The notes below the pieces were generated by a model, which was not told the origin of the DNA, made no database searches, and saw nothing but the letters and a program-made list of their open reading frames with translations. 64,000 bases of DNA from NCBI GenBank assembly GCA_965206595.1, contig OZ242214.1:4160001-4224000 (forward strand). The letters are read 5' to 3'. This DNA is from Candidatus Latescibacterota bacterium. Its GTDB lineage: Bacteria > Latescibacterota > UBA2968 > UBA8231. Positions 30,542 through 40,255 of this stretch are shown piece after piece. Position numbers and translations under genes: made by a program. Positions within the stretch are counted from its first letter, which is position 1, and every line of letters starts with the position of its first letter.

Positions 30542-33343
30542 TCATTGCAGACCTGCGTACACCGTAATGAAGCTGGTCGTGAACGCCTTGACGTCCGTGT
30601 CTCTCTCGAGCCCTTCGTCGCCGAGAACGATCTGCTCCTCCCAGGTGCGGATGTAGCTGAGCCCGAACTGCGTGGTCAGCCGGTAGCCGAGATAGGATCC
30701 GGTGGTCGACCACTGCAGGGCGAGCACCAGGTTCTGCTCGTCCTCGGTGGCCCCGGTGGGACCGTCTGCGAGCAGCTCGTCTTCACCCCGCTCCAGCTCT
30801 CGGAAGAGGACGAACTCCGCCCCGGTTTCAATCAACGAGTTGCGCAGCATGGGCTGGCGGAGGAGGACGATACCGGTTCCCGCCCATTCCTTGCGCCCCT
30901 CCTCGCGGATTGTGAACGGGGTCCGCTGCAGGAACTGGCTCTTGATCTTCGGCTGTACTGTGATGTCGCCGAGCCGCAAGGTGTAGTCCGCCTTGTTGAT
31001 TATGCCGAAGAGGCGGGTGCTCTCCTCGAGGACGGGTCCCTGCTGGCGGATCCTGTAGGCGTCCCCCTGCTGCGAGTAGAACTCGAACTTGAACTTGTTG
31101 ACGAAGTTGAGCCTGTCGGAAGGCTGGTAGTCGAGCTGCAGGTAGGAGGAGGAGATCCAGGTGTCCCTGGCCGGCAGGATGTCCTGGACGATCGTCAGCG
31201 AGGTGGTCTCCAGGTGCGGGGTCATCTCGAAGCGGTCGTCGGGTATGTTGTCCTTGACCCGTTTCACCATCTCGAAGGCCCGAACCCTGGCACCGGGATA
31301 GGTGCGGTCGAAGGTGAACAGTCCGTAGGTGGCGCGGTTGCGGCGCTCCGAGGAGATGCTCTCCACCTGCAGGCGCCCCAAGGTCAGCTTGGCTTCAGGT
31401 CCGAGGAAGGAGCCCCCGTAGAGGTTGAATCCCCGCTGGTCGGTCCGGTAGGGCAGGTCGGCGCGATCGTCGTTCTCGAAGCGGTCGATCCAGTTGTTGT
31501 TGTTGAGGTCGATCCCGAACAGGAACTCCGGCCGGTCGGCGTGGTAGCGGAAAAACGGCTCGTCGTAGTCCGGCAGGCGGTTGTTCTTATTGACGTTGTC
31601 GTTCTGGTTGAAATCGGAGACGAAATCGTTGTTCTCGTCCCAGCCGGGGAAGTTGTGGGGATCCCCCGCCCCCTGGCTGAAGCGCGCCCAGTCCGGGTTG
31701 CGGTCATAGTCGTCGTTGTCGTCGACGAACTCGTAGATGTGGTTGCGCTGGTCGTCGTACTTGATCTCGCCGAGAGCGTCGACAAGGTACCCCTGCGTCG
31801 AGTATTCCGGGTCGAGATCGAAAGCCTCTCCGAAAAGGAAGTACGGGTAGGCCTTGCGGGAGAGGTTGACCATCCACGCCTGGGCGTCGCTGGCGTCGGT
31901 CGCGAACGACCGGTCGGCGTCGGCGCGGGTGGGATTCGGGTACATCCGGTAGGAGCGGCTGAGATCGAGCTCGGCGTAGGCCTCGAAGCCCCAGACCTCG
32001 GTGACCTCGACGTCGAACCCGTACACCATGCGCGCCGTCGGCAATCCGTAGTCGAAGAGGATGCGGCGCTGGTTGGAGTTGTCCTGGACGTTGCCGTCGG
32101 CTACGGCGACGTCGAGCAGCGGCGGTTGCAGCAGATCGACGTCCCGTCCCGTCATCGGCAGGGTGGGAGCGGTTGGATTGCGGCCGGTCTGCTGGTCGGA
32201 CCAGACCTGGATCCTGTAGTCGTTGGAGACCACGAGGTCGAAGCGGATGTCGACGATCTCGGTGGGCCGCGGTCCGGCGTAGGAGAGGTCGTTGAAGTCG
32301 TAGTTGATGACGATCCTCTCGCCGCCGTCCGCCGCGAGAGCGCCCCCTCGCGGAGAACCACCCGTGACCGCCGGCCACAGGGCCGGGTCGGTGCTGACGT
32401 CCCGGGTTCTGTAGGTGGTCCGCTGCCTCGTGACCGCGTCCTCTGCGGTGATGACGATGTCGTGGGCGAACAGGGTGGCCCCGCCCTCGCCGTCCTCGGG
32501 GGAATCGTCACTGAGGATCAGGGCGATCCCCGAAACCGGGGCGCCGGTCTGGGACGCCCCCAGGGTGCCGGCGAAGGGGCTGCGCTGAAAGGCCTCGGCG
32601 AAGGTGCGCGTGTTGTGGGAGTTGACCATGGTGGCGCCGACCCTGACGAAGTCGCCGATCTGCGCGACGCCCCTGCCCGCCATCAGGTTCGTGGCGTTGG
32701 AGGTTTCGCTGGGATCGCGGTTGGGGGTGTTTCCTATGGTCGGAAGGCTGATCCGCGAGAACAGCATCGTCGCCAGGTACTTGTCCGCGGCGAAGTCCAT
32801 CTGCACGCCGTTGAACCTGGGCTTGGAAAAGGTCAGGGGAGTCAGGGTCGTGCGGATGCGGTCGCCGACGGTGATCGAGTACGAATACTGGCCCTGCGAG
32901 TCGGAGTTGACGGTGATCGTGTTGAACCAGCTGTTGAAGCGGGGGTCCTTGTAGATCGAGGATCCAAACTGGACGGGCTGGTTCTGGTTCCAGTCGTAAA
33001 TCAGCCAGCCCCGGGTGAGGTAGTTGCCGTAGAGATCGTAGAAAGGCTCTCCCTCGATGAAGACGTTGACGTAGCGCTGGTAGGGATCGCGGGCGTAGTT
33101 GGTGTATTCCCATTGGCGGTAGCGGTAATCGACGAACAGCTCCTGGGGGATGAACCATTTCTTGACGGTCGGATCGAGGGCGTCGAAGAGGATCCCCGAA
33201 CCGCGCGGCTCGTAGCTGATCTCCCCTCCCCAGTTGCGCCCCAGGCGCCGGTCCCGGGTCTGGCCCTCGAGAACCTGGGCAGACAACACAGTGAACAGGA
33301 GAAGGGCGCCCAGACATCTCCAGCCCGGTATGATAGTTTGCAT
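30542..33343 (-). CDS. Large exported hypothetical protein, paralog of 27643-30525
   Basis: Shares PQEL, QWEYTNYAR, YDLYG..LTRGWL.YDW, SDDSP.D, DNSN, FDYGLPTA and DRFENDD; ends FITVYAGLQ. Confidence 0.75.
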   Translation of the reverse strand: MQTIIPGWRCLGALLLFTVLSAQVLEGQTRDRRLGRNWGGEISYEPRGSGILFDALDPTVKKWFIPQELFVDYRYRQWEYTNYARDPYQRYVNVFIEGEPFYDLYGNYLTRGWLIYDWNQNQPVQFGSSIYKDPRFNSWFNTITVNSDSQGQYSYSITVGDRIRTTLTPLTFSKPRFNGVQMDFAADKYLATMLFSRISLPTIGNTPNRDPSETSNATNLMAGRGVAQIGDFVRVGATMVNSHNTRTFAEAFQRSPFAGTLGASQTGAPVSGIALILSDDSPEDGEGGATLFAHDIVITAEDAVTRQRTTYRTRDVSTDPALWPAVTGGSPRGGALAADGGERIVINYDFNDLSYAGPRPTEIVDIRFDLVVSNDYRIQVWSDQQTGRNPTAPTLPMTGRDVDLLQPPLLDVAVADGNVQDNSNQRRILFDYGLPTARMVYGFDVEVTEVWGFEAYAELDLSRSYRMYPNPTRADADRSFATDASDAQAWMVNLSRKAYPYFLFGEAFDLDPEYSTQGYLVDALGEIKYDDQRNHIYEFVDDNDDYDRNPDWARFSQGAGDPHNFPGWDENNDFVSDFNQNDNVNKNNRLPDYDEPFFRYHADRPEFLFGIDLNNNNWIDRFENDDRADLPYRTDQRGFNLYGGSFLGPEAKLTLGRLQVESISSERRNRATYGLFTFDRTYPGARVRAFEMVKRVKDNIPDDRFEMTPHLETTSLTIVQDILPARDTWISSSYLQLDYQPSDRLNFVNKFKFEFYSQQGDAYRIRQQGPVLEESTRLFGIINKADYTLRLGDITVQPKIKSQFLQRTPFTIREEGRKEWAGTGIVLLRQPMLRNSLIETGAEFVLFRELERGEDELLADGPTGATEDEQNLVLALQWSTTGSYLGYRLTTQFGLSYIRTWEEQIVLGDEGLERDTDVKAFTTSFITVYAGLQ

Positions 33344-33414
33344 TGATTCCCTCCCAGGTCCCGCGGGATGCGCGGGTTCAGGCGGTTTCACACCCTTCAT
33401 TTTCATTTAATAAG

Positions 33415-35583
33415 TCAGTAGGCGACTGCCACGGAGGTCACGGCTGTTTCCGCCGCGGAATCGCTGTCGAGCTCGATGCGCACCAGGTAGATCCCCGGGG
33501 CCACTTTGACTCCCGAGTCGTCCTCGCCGTCCCAGGGGACCGTGAAGCTGCCCCCCCCCTGGGGCGCGGCCAGCAGCTGCCTGACACGGCGCCCGGAAAG
33601 GTCGATCACCGCGATCGCCACCGGAGCCTCGTCGGCGAGGCGGGCGAGGTCGTACCCGATATGGGTGAGATCGTTGACGGCGTCCCCGTTGGGACTGAAC
33701 ACCGCCGGTTCTGCGGCGACGTTGATCAGCAGCTGCCCGCCGGCTCCCGTGATGGGGACATCCACTGAGAGACCTCGTTGCGTCGCCGTTCCGACGGCCA
33801 CCACGTCGTCGTCCCCGTCGCCGAATTCCCCGACGTTACCGGGAATAAGCTCCTGCCCGAGGGAACTTCCCAAGCTGGCGAAGCCGCTGAACTTGGTGCC
33901 GAAGCGCAGCACCCGGGCGCGAAAGCGGATGGTGACGCGTGAGAGGCGATCGGCGCCGAGGTCGGCTTCGGAAATCGCGGGGAAGCGCACCTGGAAGCGG
34001 TTTTCCTCCACCGCTTCGATCGCGAACGCTCCGCCGGAATCGGCCAACGGGGCAGTCGACAGGTCCGCCCCGGAAAAGTCGACCGTCTCGGTGCGGCCGT
34101 CCGGAAAGGAGACCTCGACCTGTTCGACCGCTTCGACCCGGACGGGGGTTTCGATCTCGAGCCGGTCGAAGCCGGTGTCGACACCCTCCCTGATCTCGGT
34201 CGGCATCGCCGAATAGGTGAAGGTCACCGGTTCTCCCAGCCTCGCCGAGCGCGGGTGGATTTCGGCCAGCACCTGGGAGGCCGTGGGCGGAGAAGATACC
34301 GTGAAGGCGAGGGGGCCGATCCCGGTGGCGGCATCGAGGTCGTCGCTCCAGAACTCGATGCGGAACTGCAGATAGCGCCGCGGCCCGGGCGAAACGATCC
34401 TCACTCCGACTTCAGGGTCGCCGATGTTCTCCTCGGTCACCTCATGGTCGAGGATGTAGGGTGAGCTCCAGGCGCTCCAGTTGCTCAAATCGTCGGTGAT
34501 CGACCCTTTCGCCGGCCCGAGACCGCGGTAGTCGCTCTCGTTCAGGGCGATTTCCTCCAGCTCTTCCGGGGTCAGGTTCGCGAACAGCTTTCTCGCCTCT
34601 TCAAGCGCCAGCGCATCCAGTTCCACCTCCCCGGCATCGGTGCTGGCGACGGCCCCCTCCTTCCAGGGAACGTCGACCTGCGCTCCTTCGACGATAGTCG
34701 AGCGGCTGAAGACAAGGGGAGTGTCGTCGTTGCCTGTCCGGGTGCGCACCCTCACTCCTGAAAAGCCGTCGAGCCCGGTGGTCTCCGCTACCCATCGGAT
34801 GCGCCCCCAAAGGGCGAGGTCGTCCCCGAGGTCGAAGATGTCGGAGATGAAATCCGCGGTCGGAACGAATCCGGTGCCGAAGACGCGGAATTCCGCTATC
34901 TCGAATGGCACCGGGGTGCGGGACTGCAGGCGAATGAAGCGGACGTACTGGGGGGGAATTGCGAGATCGACGATGGCGTTGTCATTCGGAGCCCACAGCG
35001 TGAAGGAGCCCCAGATCGGTTTGCCCTCGATCTGGTTGTCCTCGTCGCCATCGTTGAGAAACAGCTCGAAAGCCTTGAGGTAATCTTCGTCAAAGGGAAA
35101 ATCCGGGGCCGGAAATTCGGGGTGGGCGTTGCGCGGAAAGAACTGGATTCCGCGAACTCCGAAGCGGGCTCCCAGGTCGAAATCCATCAGCATCCCGGCG
35201 ACGACCGTTTCTCCCTTCCGGTCGAGGGCGGTGGTCCCGTTGTCGTCGAGCATCAGGGCGAGTTGCTCCTCGATTTCGGAACCGAGAACAGTGGGAGAGG
35301 TGACGCTGCCGCCGCGCTCGAGGATTCCGAGAGCAAGGTTGATCTCCTCGCTTACCCGTTGTGGAAAGATCCAGCCCTCGCGGTCCCCGGGATCGAACTC
35401 CACGACGCCGCCCGGGGTGTTTCCCCGGCCGGCGCTTTCGGCGCCGGTTTTGAAGACCGGCTCGAGACCGCCACCGCCGTCTCGCCAGGAACGCCCGTCC
35501 CCGCCTCCCATCACGATGAGGATGTCGTCGGCAAAGGCGGTGCTCGCCAGAAGCAGGATGGAAACGGCTCTCGTGAAGGACAT
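33415..35583 (-). CDS. Secreted protein with a discoidin-like domain and a FlgD-Ig / type-B T9SS-like C-terminal domain
   Basis: Signal peptide; DLG...I.FFPR, RTRTG.D, WS.WS.PY and SP.PRRY.QF; C-terminal FSPNGDAVND...DLSGR...WDG.D..G..VAPGIY...VAVAY. Confidence 0.8.
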   Translation of the reverse strand: MSFTRAVSILLLASTAFADDILIVMGGGDGRSWRDGGGGLEPVFKTGAESAGRGNTPGGVVEFDPGDREGWIFPQRVSEEINLALGILERGGSVTSPTVLGSEIEEQLALMLDDNGTTALDRKGETVVAGMLMDFDLGARFGVRGIQFFPRNAHPEFPAPDFPFDEDYLKAFELFLNDGDEDNQIEGKPIWGSFTLWAPNDNAIVDLAIPPQYVRFIRLQSRTPVPFEIAEFRVFGTGFVPTADFISDIFDLGDDLALWGRIRWVAETTGLDGFSGVRVRTRTGNDDTPLVFSRSTIVEGAQVDVPWKEGAVASTDAGEVELDALALEEARKLFANLTPEELEEIALNESDYRGLGPAKGSITDDLSNWSAWSSPYILDHEVTEENIGDPEVGVRIVSPGPRRYLQFRIEFWSDDLDAATGIGPLAFTVSSPPTASQVLAEIHPRSARLGEPVTFTYSAMPTEIREGVDTGFDRLEIETPVRVEAVEQVEVSFPDGRTETVDFSGADLSTAPLADSGGAFAIEAVEENRFQVRFPAISEADLGADRLSRVTIRFRARVLRFGTKFSGFASLGSSLGQELIPGNVGEFGDGDDDVVAVGTATQRGLSVDVPITGAGGQLLINVAAEPAVFSPNGDAVNDLTHIGYDLARLADEAPVAIAVIDLSGRRVRQLLAAPQGGGSFTVPWDGEDDSGVKVAPGIYLVRIELDSDSAAETAVTSVAVAY

Positions 35584-35601
35584 CGCGGGATTGACTCGCA
35601 A

Positions 35602-38109
35602 TCAGTAGAGGACGTGGACCAGACGCTGCGCCGTGGCATTCTCGGCATCTTCCTCGTCGGCGTCCACCTCTATCGCAGCCAGGTAGATGCCGGGAGCGAC
35701 CTTGCCGCCGCCGACACCTTCTCCGTTCCAGGAGAGGGTGTACTCGCCGCTGACCTCCGAGCGCTCCTCGACGATGCGGTGGACGAGGCGGCCCGACAGA
35801 TCGTAGAAACGCAGCGCCACCCGCTGTTTCCCTGTGAGGTTGGTGACCGAAAACCGGAAGGTCGCCTCTTCGTTCAGGCCGTCCCCGTTGGGTGTGAGCA
35901 CCGGAGAGTTCATGGCGATCTCGCTAAGGACGCGGTCGTCGCCGATGGGGCCGGTAAGGACCATCCCGGAGCCAGGAGCGACTTCGGTCGCGTCGCCGGA
36001 ATCGACGCGCTGCCAAGTGCCCGGTACGGCCGAGTTACCGACCGCGGCCTCGAGGGCGGCCCCGGGAGTGTAGAGCGTGGAGGTGAAGCGCAGCTCCAGC
36101 AGGTCGGCGGAACGGGGACGAACCGGATCGGCAAGGCGCACCCGGAGCGAATCCGGGGAGCTCGGGACGACCTGCAACTCGTCGTCGGCCAGGGGTTCGA
36201 CAACGTTCCATTCACTTTCCTGTCCGACGCGGAGCCGGGCGAACTTCAGCGCCATGCTTGGAGGAGCCACCAGGAGAATTTCGTCGAACGCCTCTTCCTG
36301 TCCCTCTATCCTGACGAACACCGAAAGGTCCTGCTCGACTCCGACCTCGTCGACCGTGGTCGGAGCCAGCTCCCCCAGCAGACGGGTTGCCAGCGGGGGC
36401 ACGAAATTCAGGCGGATCGCTTCCAGCGCGGCGGCGGTATTCGGATCGGTCGACAGCAGACGCATCCGCATCATCAGCGAGCTGCGCGGGCTGGGGGAGG
36501 TGATGCGCTCCCCCGACTCGACGTAGGGACGGCTCCAGCCGCTCCAGTCCGCGCCGGGAACGAAGATTTTCACCGAGTCGCCCTTGCTGAAGAAACCGAG
36601 GGCACGATACGCCTCCTCGGTGACCTCGACCCCGGATTTGTTGTAGTAGAGGTATTTCTCCGCGAGGCGGTTGCCGGTCCGCGTCTGGATCTCCACCCGG
36701 GTGCCGGGAGGGGTGACGGCATCCCACTCGATCGACACGAGGTTCTTGGGGTCACCTAGGTTGATCGGGTCCGCGGTGACCAGCTCGACCTCAGGCTGGT
36801 AGCCCTCGCCGTACAGCTGAAGCTCGCGGGGCACGTAGTACTGACCGTTGCCTGGGGACCAGTAGAGAATCTGGACGTAGCGGGCGATGACCGGGGGAAA
36901 GGTGGCGATTTCGTAGGCGTCGGTGAAACGCCCTTCCGGTTTTCCCGTCTCGTTGGTCTGCGTCGTCCACGCCAGACTGCCGTCCGGGGCGAGGCTTCCG
37001 TCGGAAGTCTGCACCAGGAAGTTCCCGAAGGGCGCCTGACTGTCCTGGTAGTACGCCTGGAAAGTATCGACCCAGTAGCCGGCGTTGAGGTCGAAGAAGA
37101 GGGGCCTGCGGACTCCCGAGGGGCCTGCGTTGATGTTCTTCAGGCTCTCGAATTCCCCGTCGATAAGTCCGAAGATCGATTCCCCGAGGAAGTCCAGGGC
37201 GATGCCTGCTCGGTCCTTGATACCCAAGGCGAGGTTCTGACCGGTGCTGACGACCTCGAGCTCGGCCAGGCGCGGCCGCTCGCGCCGGAAGTGGCGCACC
37301 GAGCCGCGGTGCTCGGGAGTGATCGTCTCGTAGGTGGCCTGGCTTATGCGAACCTCTCCGTCCGGCAGCGTCTTGTAGTAGTCGACCGTCCCGCGGTCGT
37401 CGGAGGAGAGCTCGGTGTACTCCTCTTCGGAGACGCGGGCGCCCCGGGCGCCGTCGGTTGCGGTGACGACCACCTGGACGATGCGCACCATTTCCCCATC
37501 GTAGTCGGGATCGTTGTTGGGCCGGGCCGGGCGCAACGGGATATCGAAGAGACGTTGTTCCTTGTGGTCTCGCTGGGTGCGGTATTGCTGCTTGAAATCC
37601 AGCACCCCCTTGACTCTCTCATCTCCGTCGGAGGTCAGCACGACGAACTGGAGAAAGGGATCTCCACCCCCAGGGGGGACGAACTTCAGCACGATCCGCC
37701 TTGCGGACACAAGCCGTCCGAGGTCGACCTGAAACCACCACTCGCCGAGCGAGCTTCCGCTCTCCGGTTCCCAGTACGTGGTTTCGTCATCGTCGAACAG
37801 GTTTGCGACAGCGGCGGCGTTGGTGCCGGCTTCGAGGGCATCGGCGATGGTCACGTCGGCGGGGGCTTTGTCACCGGGAGGGTTGCGCCTGAGATGGTCG
37901 GCAATATCGCTGGTGGCATCCGAGTTCTTCGGCACGAAGTGCGGGGAAACCACTCCCCCCTCGATTTCCACCGTGCCGTGGGGAAACTGCCACTGCTCCC
38001 AGTGCGACTGGCGGTCGACGACGAGCTGATCCCCGCGCACGGAGGCGGTCTGCCCCCATGCCCCTTCAACGCCGAGAAGGGCGATTGCAGCGATGGCGAG
38101 TTGTTTCAT
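35602..38109 (-). CDS. Secreted protein with F5/8-like domains and a FlgD-Ig / type-B T9SS-like C-terminal domain
   Basis: Signal peptide MKQLAIAAIALL; FDDDETTYW...W.QVDLG; QTRTG and WSGWS.PY; LTPNGDGLNE...YDLSGR...APGIY...VHVLY. Confidence 0.8.
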   Translation of the reverse strand: MKQLAIAAIALLGVEGAWGQTASVRGDQLVVDRQSHWEQWQFPHGTVEIEGGVVSPHFVPKNSDATSDIADHLRRNPPGDKAPADVTIADALEAGTNAAAVANLFDDDETTYWEPESGSSLGEWWFQVDLGRLVSARRIVLKFVPPGGGDPFLQFVVLTSDGDERVKGVLDFKQQYRTQRDHKEQRLFDIPLRPARPNNDPDYDGEMVRIVQVVVTATDGARGARVSEEEYTELSSDDRGTVDYYKTLPDGEVRISQATYETITPEHRGSVRHFRRERPRLAELEVVSTGQNLALGIKDRAGIALDFLGESIFGLIDGEFESLKNINAGPSGVRRPLFFDLNAGYWVDTFQAYYQDSQAPFGNFLVQTSDGSLAPDGSLAWTTQTNETGKPEGRFTDAYEIATFPPVIARYVQILYWSPGNGQYYVPRELQLYGEGYQPEVELVTADPINLGDPKNLVSIEWDAVTPPGTRVEIQTRTGNRLAEKYLYYNKSGVEVTEEAYRALGFFSKGDSVKIFVPGADWSGWSRPYVESGERITSPSPRSSLMMRMRLLSTDPNTAAALEAIRLNFVPPLATRLLGELAPTTVDEVGVEQDLSVFVRIEGQEEAFDEILLVAPPSMALKFARLRVGQESEWNVVEPLADDELQVVPSSPDSLRVRLADPVRPRSADLLELRFTSTLYTPGAALEAAVGNSAVPGTWQRVDSGDATEVAPGSGMVLTGPIGDDRVLSEIAMNSPVLTPNGDGLNEEATFRFSVTNLTGKQRVALRFYDLSGRLVHRIVEERSEVSGEYTLSWNGEGVGGGKVAPGIYLAAIEVDADEEDAENATAQRLVHVLY

Positions 38110-38275
38110 GAATCGCGGTATTCCGGAATGGTAAGCGTAAAACAATCTGGCAGCACGCACGTCCATTTCGCCTAAATTCTAATTTCATTTCCAGGTTGCA
38201 GCAAACCAGCAGCATCGCCCCGGCCGTCCTGCGAGCGGGAGTCCGCCGGCGGTGCCAAATCCGGGAAACAGGGGC

Positions 38276-40243
38276 ATGCACCAAAGCCAGAAAGAACTGC
38301 ATCAGTGTGTCGCGGCTGGAGCTTTTCTCCGGCTCCCCGGCATTCTCACCGCCGTCATATTGCCGCTACAACTCATAGCCGCGCAGCCCGTTCAAGTCGC
38401 CGATCCGCAGGAGATCCTCGATCCGCCCTGGCTCGGCGAGCGTCGCGAGGCCCAGCTGGAAAGCGCCGGGGAAATCGGTGTTTTCCACGACTTCCGGTTG
38501 AGCGACCGCGCCGAGGAAAGCGGCATCGCCTTCGAAAACCGCATAGTCGATGACGCCGGGCGCAACTGGAAGCCCAACCACTACGACCACGGCAACGGCA
38601 TGGCCATCGCCGACGTCGACGGCGATGGCCGCCTCGACATCTACTTCGTCACCCAGGTGGGGTCCAACGAGCTGTACCGCAACCTCGGCGGGGCGCGTTT
38701 CGCCGCGTTGCAGGCCAGTCCCGACCTCGCGCTTGCCGACCGCATCGGGGTGGCCCCCTCGTTTGCCGACACAGACAACGACGGCGACCCCGATCTCTTC
38801 GTAACCAGCGTGCGCGGAGGCAACGCCCTGCTGGCCAACGACGGGCAGGGACTGTTTCGCGACATCTCGAACGGCTCCGGCCTCGACTACGCGGGTCATT
38901 CCTCCGCAACGGTCTTCTTCGACTACAATCGCGACGGCATGCTCGACGCCTTTGTCACCAACGTCGGCAAATACACCCGCGGCAGCGACTCGGCGCCGGT
39001 GATCGGGTTCGCGCGCGGCGGCGGCGACGGGGAATTCGAATACTTCCTCGGATACGCCGACGCCTTCGAGGGTCACCTCAAACCGTTGCGCACCGAGAAA
39101 AGCCTGCTCTACCAGAACGAGAGGGAGAACCGCTTCGCCAACGTCACAGCGCGGACGGGGCTTCTCGACGGAAGCTGGTCCGGGGCGGCCACCCCGATCG
39201 ATGCCAATGAAGATGGCTGGCTCGACCTGTATGTGCTCAACATGCAGGGGCACGACGAGTACTACGAGAACGACAGCGGCGAGCGTTTCACCCGGAAAAG
39301 CCGGGAGCGGTTTCCCAGGACGCCCTGGGGCTCCATGGGGGTGAAGCTCTTCGACGCTGACCAGGACGGAAACCTCGATCTTTACCTCACCGACATGCAC
39401 TCCGACATGAGCGAGGATATCGGCGTCGAGCGCGAGAAACTGAAGGCCGACATGAAATGGACGGAAGGCGTCCTGCGCAGCGGCGGCATGAGCATTTTCG
39501 GCAACGCCTTCTTCCGCAACAAGGGGGGAGGGGAATTCGTGGAGATCTCCGACGAAAACGGCACCGAAAACTACTGGCCCTGGGGCCTGAGCGCCGGCGA
39601 TCTCAACGCCGACGGGTACGAGGATCTGTTCATCACCTCGAGCATGAACTACGGCTTCCGCTACGGAGTCAACTCCCTGTTGCTCAACGACCGCGGCTCG
39701 CGTTTCCACGACAGCGAGTTCATCCTCGGAGCGGAGCCGCGGCGCGGGGGACGCACCGCCAAACCCTGGTTCGAGCTCCAGTGCTCGCGGGCGGACTCCT
39801 CCCACAACCTGTGCGAAGGCCGCCAGGGCCCGCACGTCTTCTGGGGCGCCCTGGGCTCGCGCACTTCGGCGATCTTCGACCTCGACGACGACGGGGATCT
39901 CGACATCGTCACCGGAGAATTCAACGACGGGCCGATGGTGCTGCTGAGCAACCTGAGTGAGAAACGGGAGAATCTGCGCTTCCTGAAAGTCGCCCTGAGC
40001 GGCTCCCAAACCAACCGGGACGGACTCGGCTCCCGCGTGCGCCTTCACGCCGCCGGCCGGATGCTCACCAACATGTACGACGGTCAGTCGGGATACCTCT
40101 CGCAGAGCTCCTACCCGCTCTATTTCGGGCTCGGGGACGCCGCCGAGGTCGACAGCGTCGAGGTGGACTGGCTTTCCGGACAGCGCCAGGTCGTCGGCGG
40201 TCCAATCGCGGCCAACCAGCTGATCCGGATCGTCGAGCCTTGA
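38276..40243 (+). CDS. CRTAC1 / ASPIC-UnbV family FG-GAP repeat protein
   Basis: DVDGDG.LD, DTDNDGD.DL and DYNRDG.LD repeats; NRDGLG.RV...SGYLSQS...YFGLG. Confidence 0.9.
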   Translation: MHQSQKELHQCVAAGAFLRLPGILTAVILPLQLIAAQPVQVADPQEILDPPWLGERREAQLESAGEIGVFHDFRLSDRAEESGIAFENRIVDDAGRNWKPNHYDHGNGMAIADVDGDGRLDIYFVTQVGSNELYRNLGGARFAALQASPDLALADRIGVAPSFADTDNDGDPDLFVTSVRGGNALLANDGQGLFRDISNGSGLDYAGHSSATVFFDYNRDGMLDAFVTNVGKYTRGSDSAPVIGFARGGGDGEFEYFLGYADAFEGHLKPLRTEKSLLYQNERENRFANVTARTGLLDGSWSGAATPIDANEDGWLDLYVLNMQGHDEYYENDSGERFTRKSRERFPRTPWGSMGVKLFDADQDGNLDLYLTDMHSDMSEDIGVEREKLKADMKWTEGVLRSGGMSIFGNAFFRNKGGGEFVEISDENGTENYWPWGLSAGDLNADGYEDLFITSSMNYGFRYGVNSLLLNDRGSRFHDSEFILGAEPRRGGRTAKPWFELQCSRADSSHNLCEGRQGPHVFWGALGSRTSAIFDLDDDGDLDIVTGEFNDGPMVLLSNLSEKRENLRFLKVALSGSQTNRDGLGSRVRLHAAGRMLTNMYDGQSGYLSQSSYPLYFGLGDAAEVDSVEVDWLSGQRQVVGGPIAANQLIRIVEP

Positions 40244-40255
40244 GCCCCGCGGGGG

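Noticed and set aside
27550-33346. Very long plus-strand ORFs (1005 aa and 953 aa) and similar antisense ORFs across the window
   Set aside because: They are shadows of minus-strand genes caused by GC-rich codon bias; they have no motifs, and the opposite strand carries the signal peptides and paralogy.
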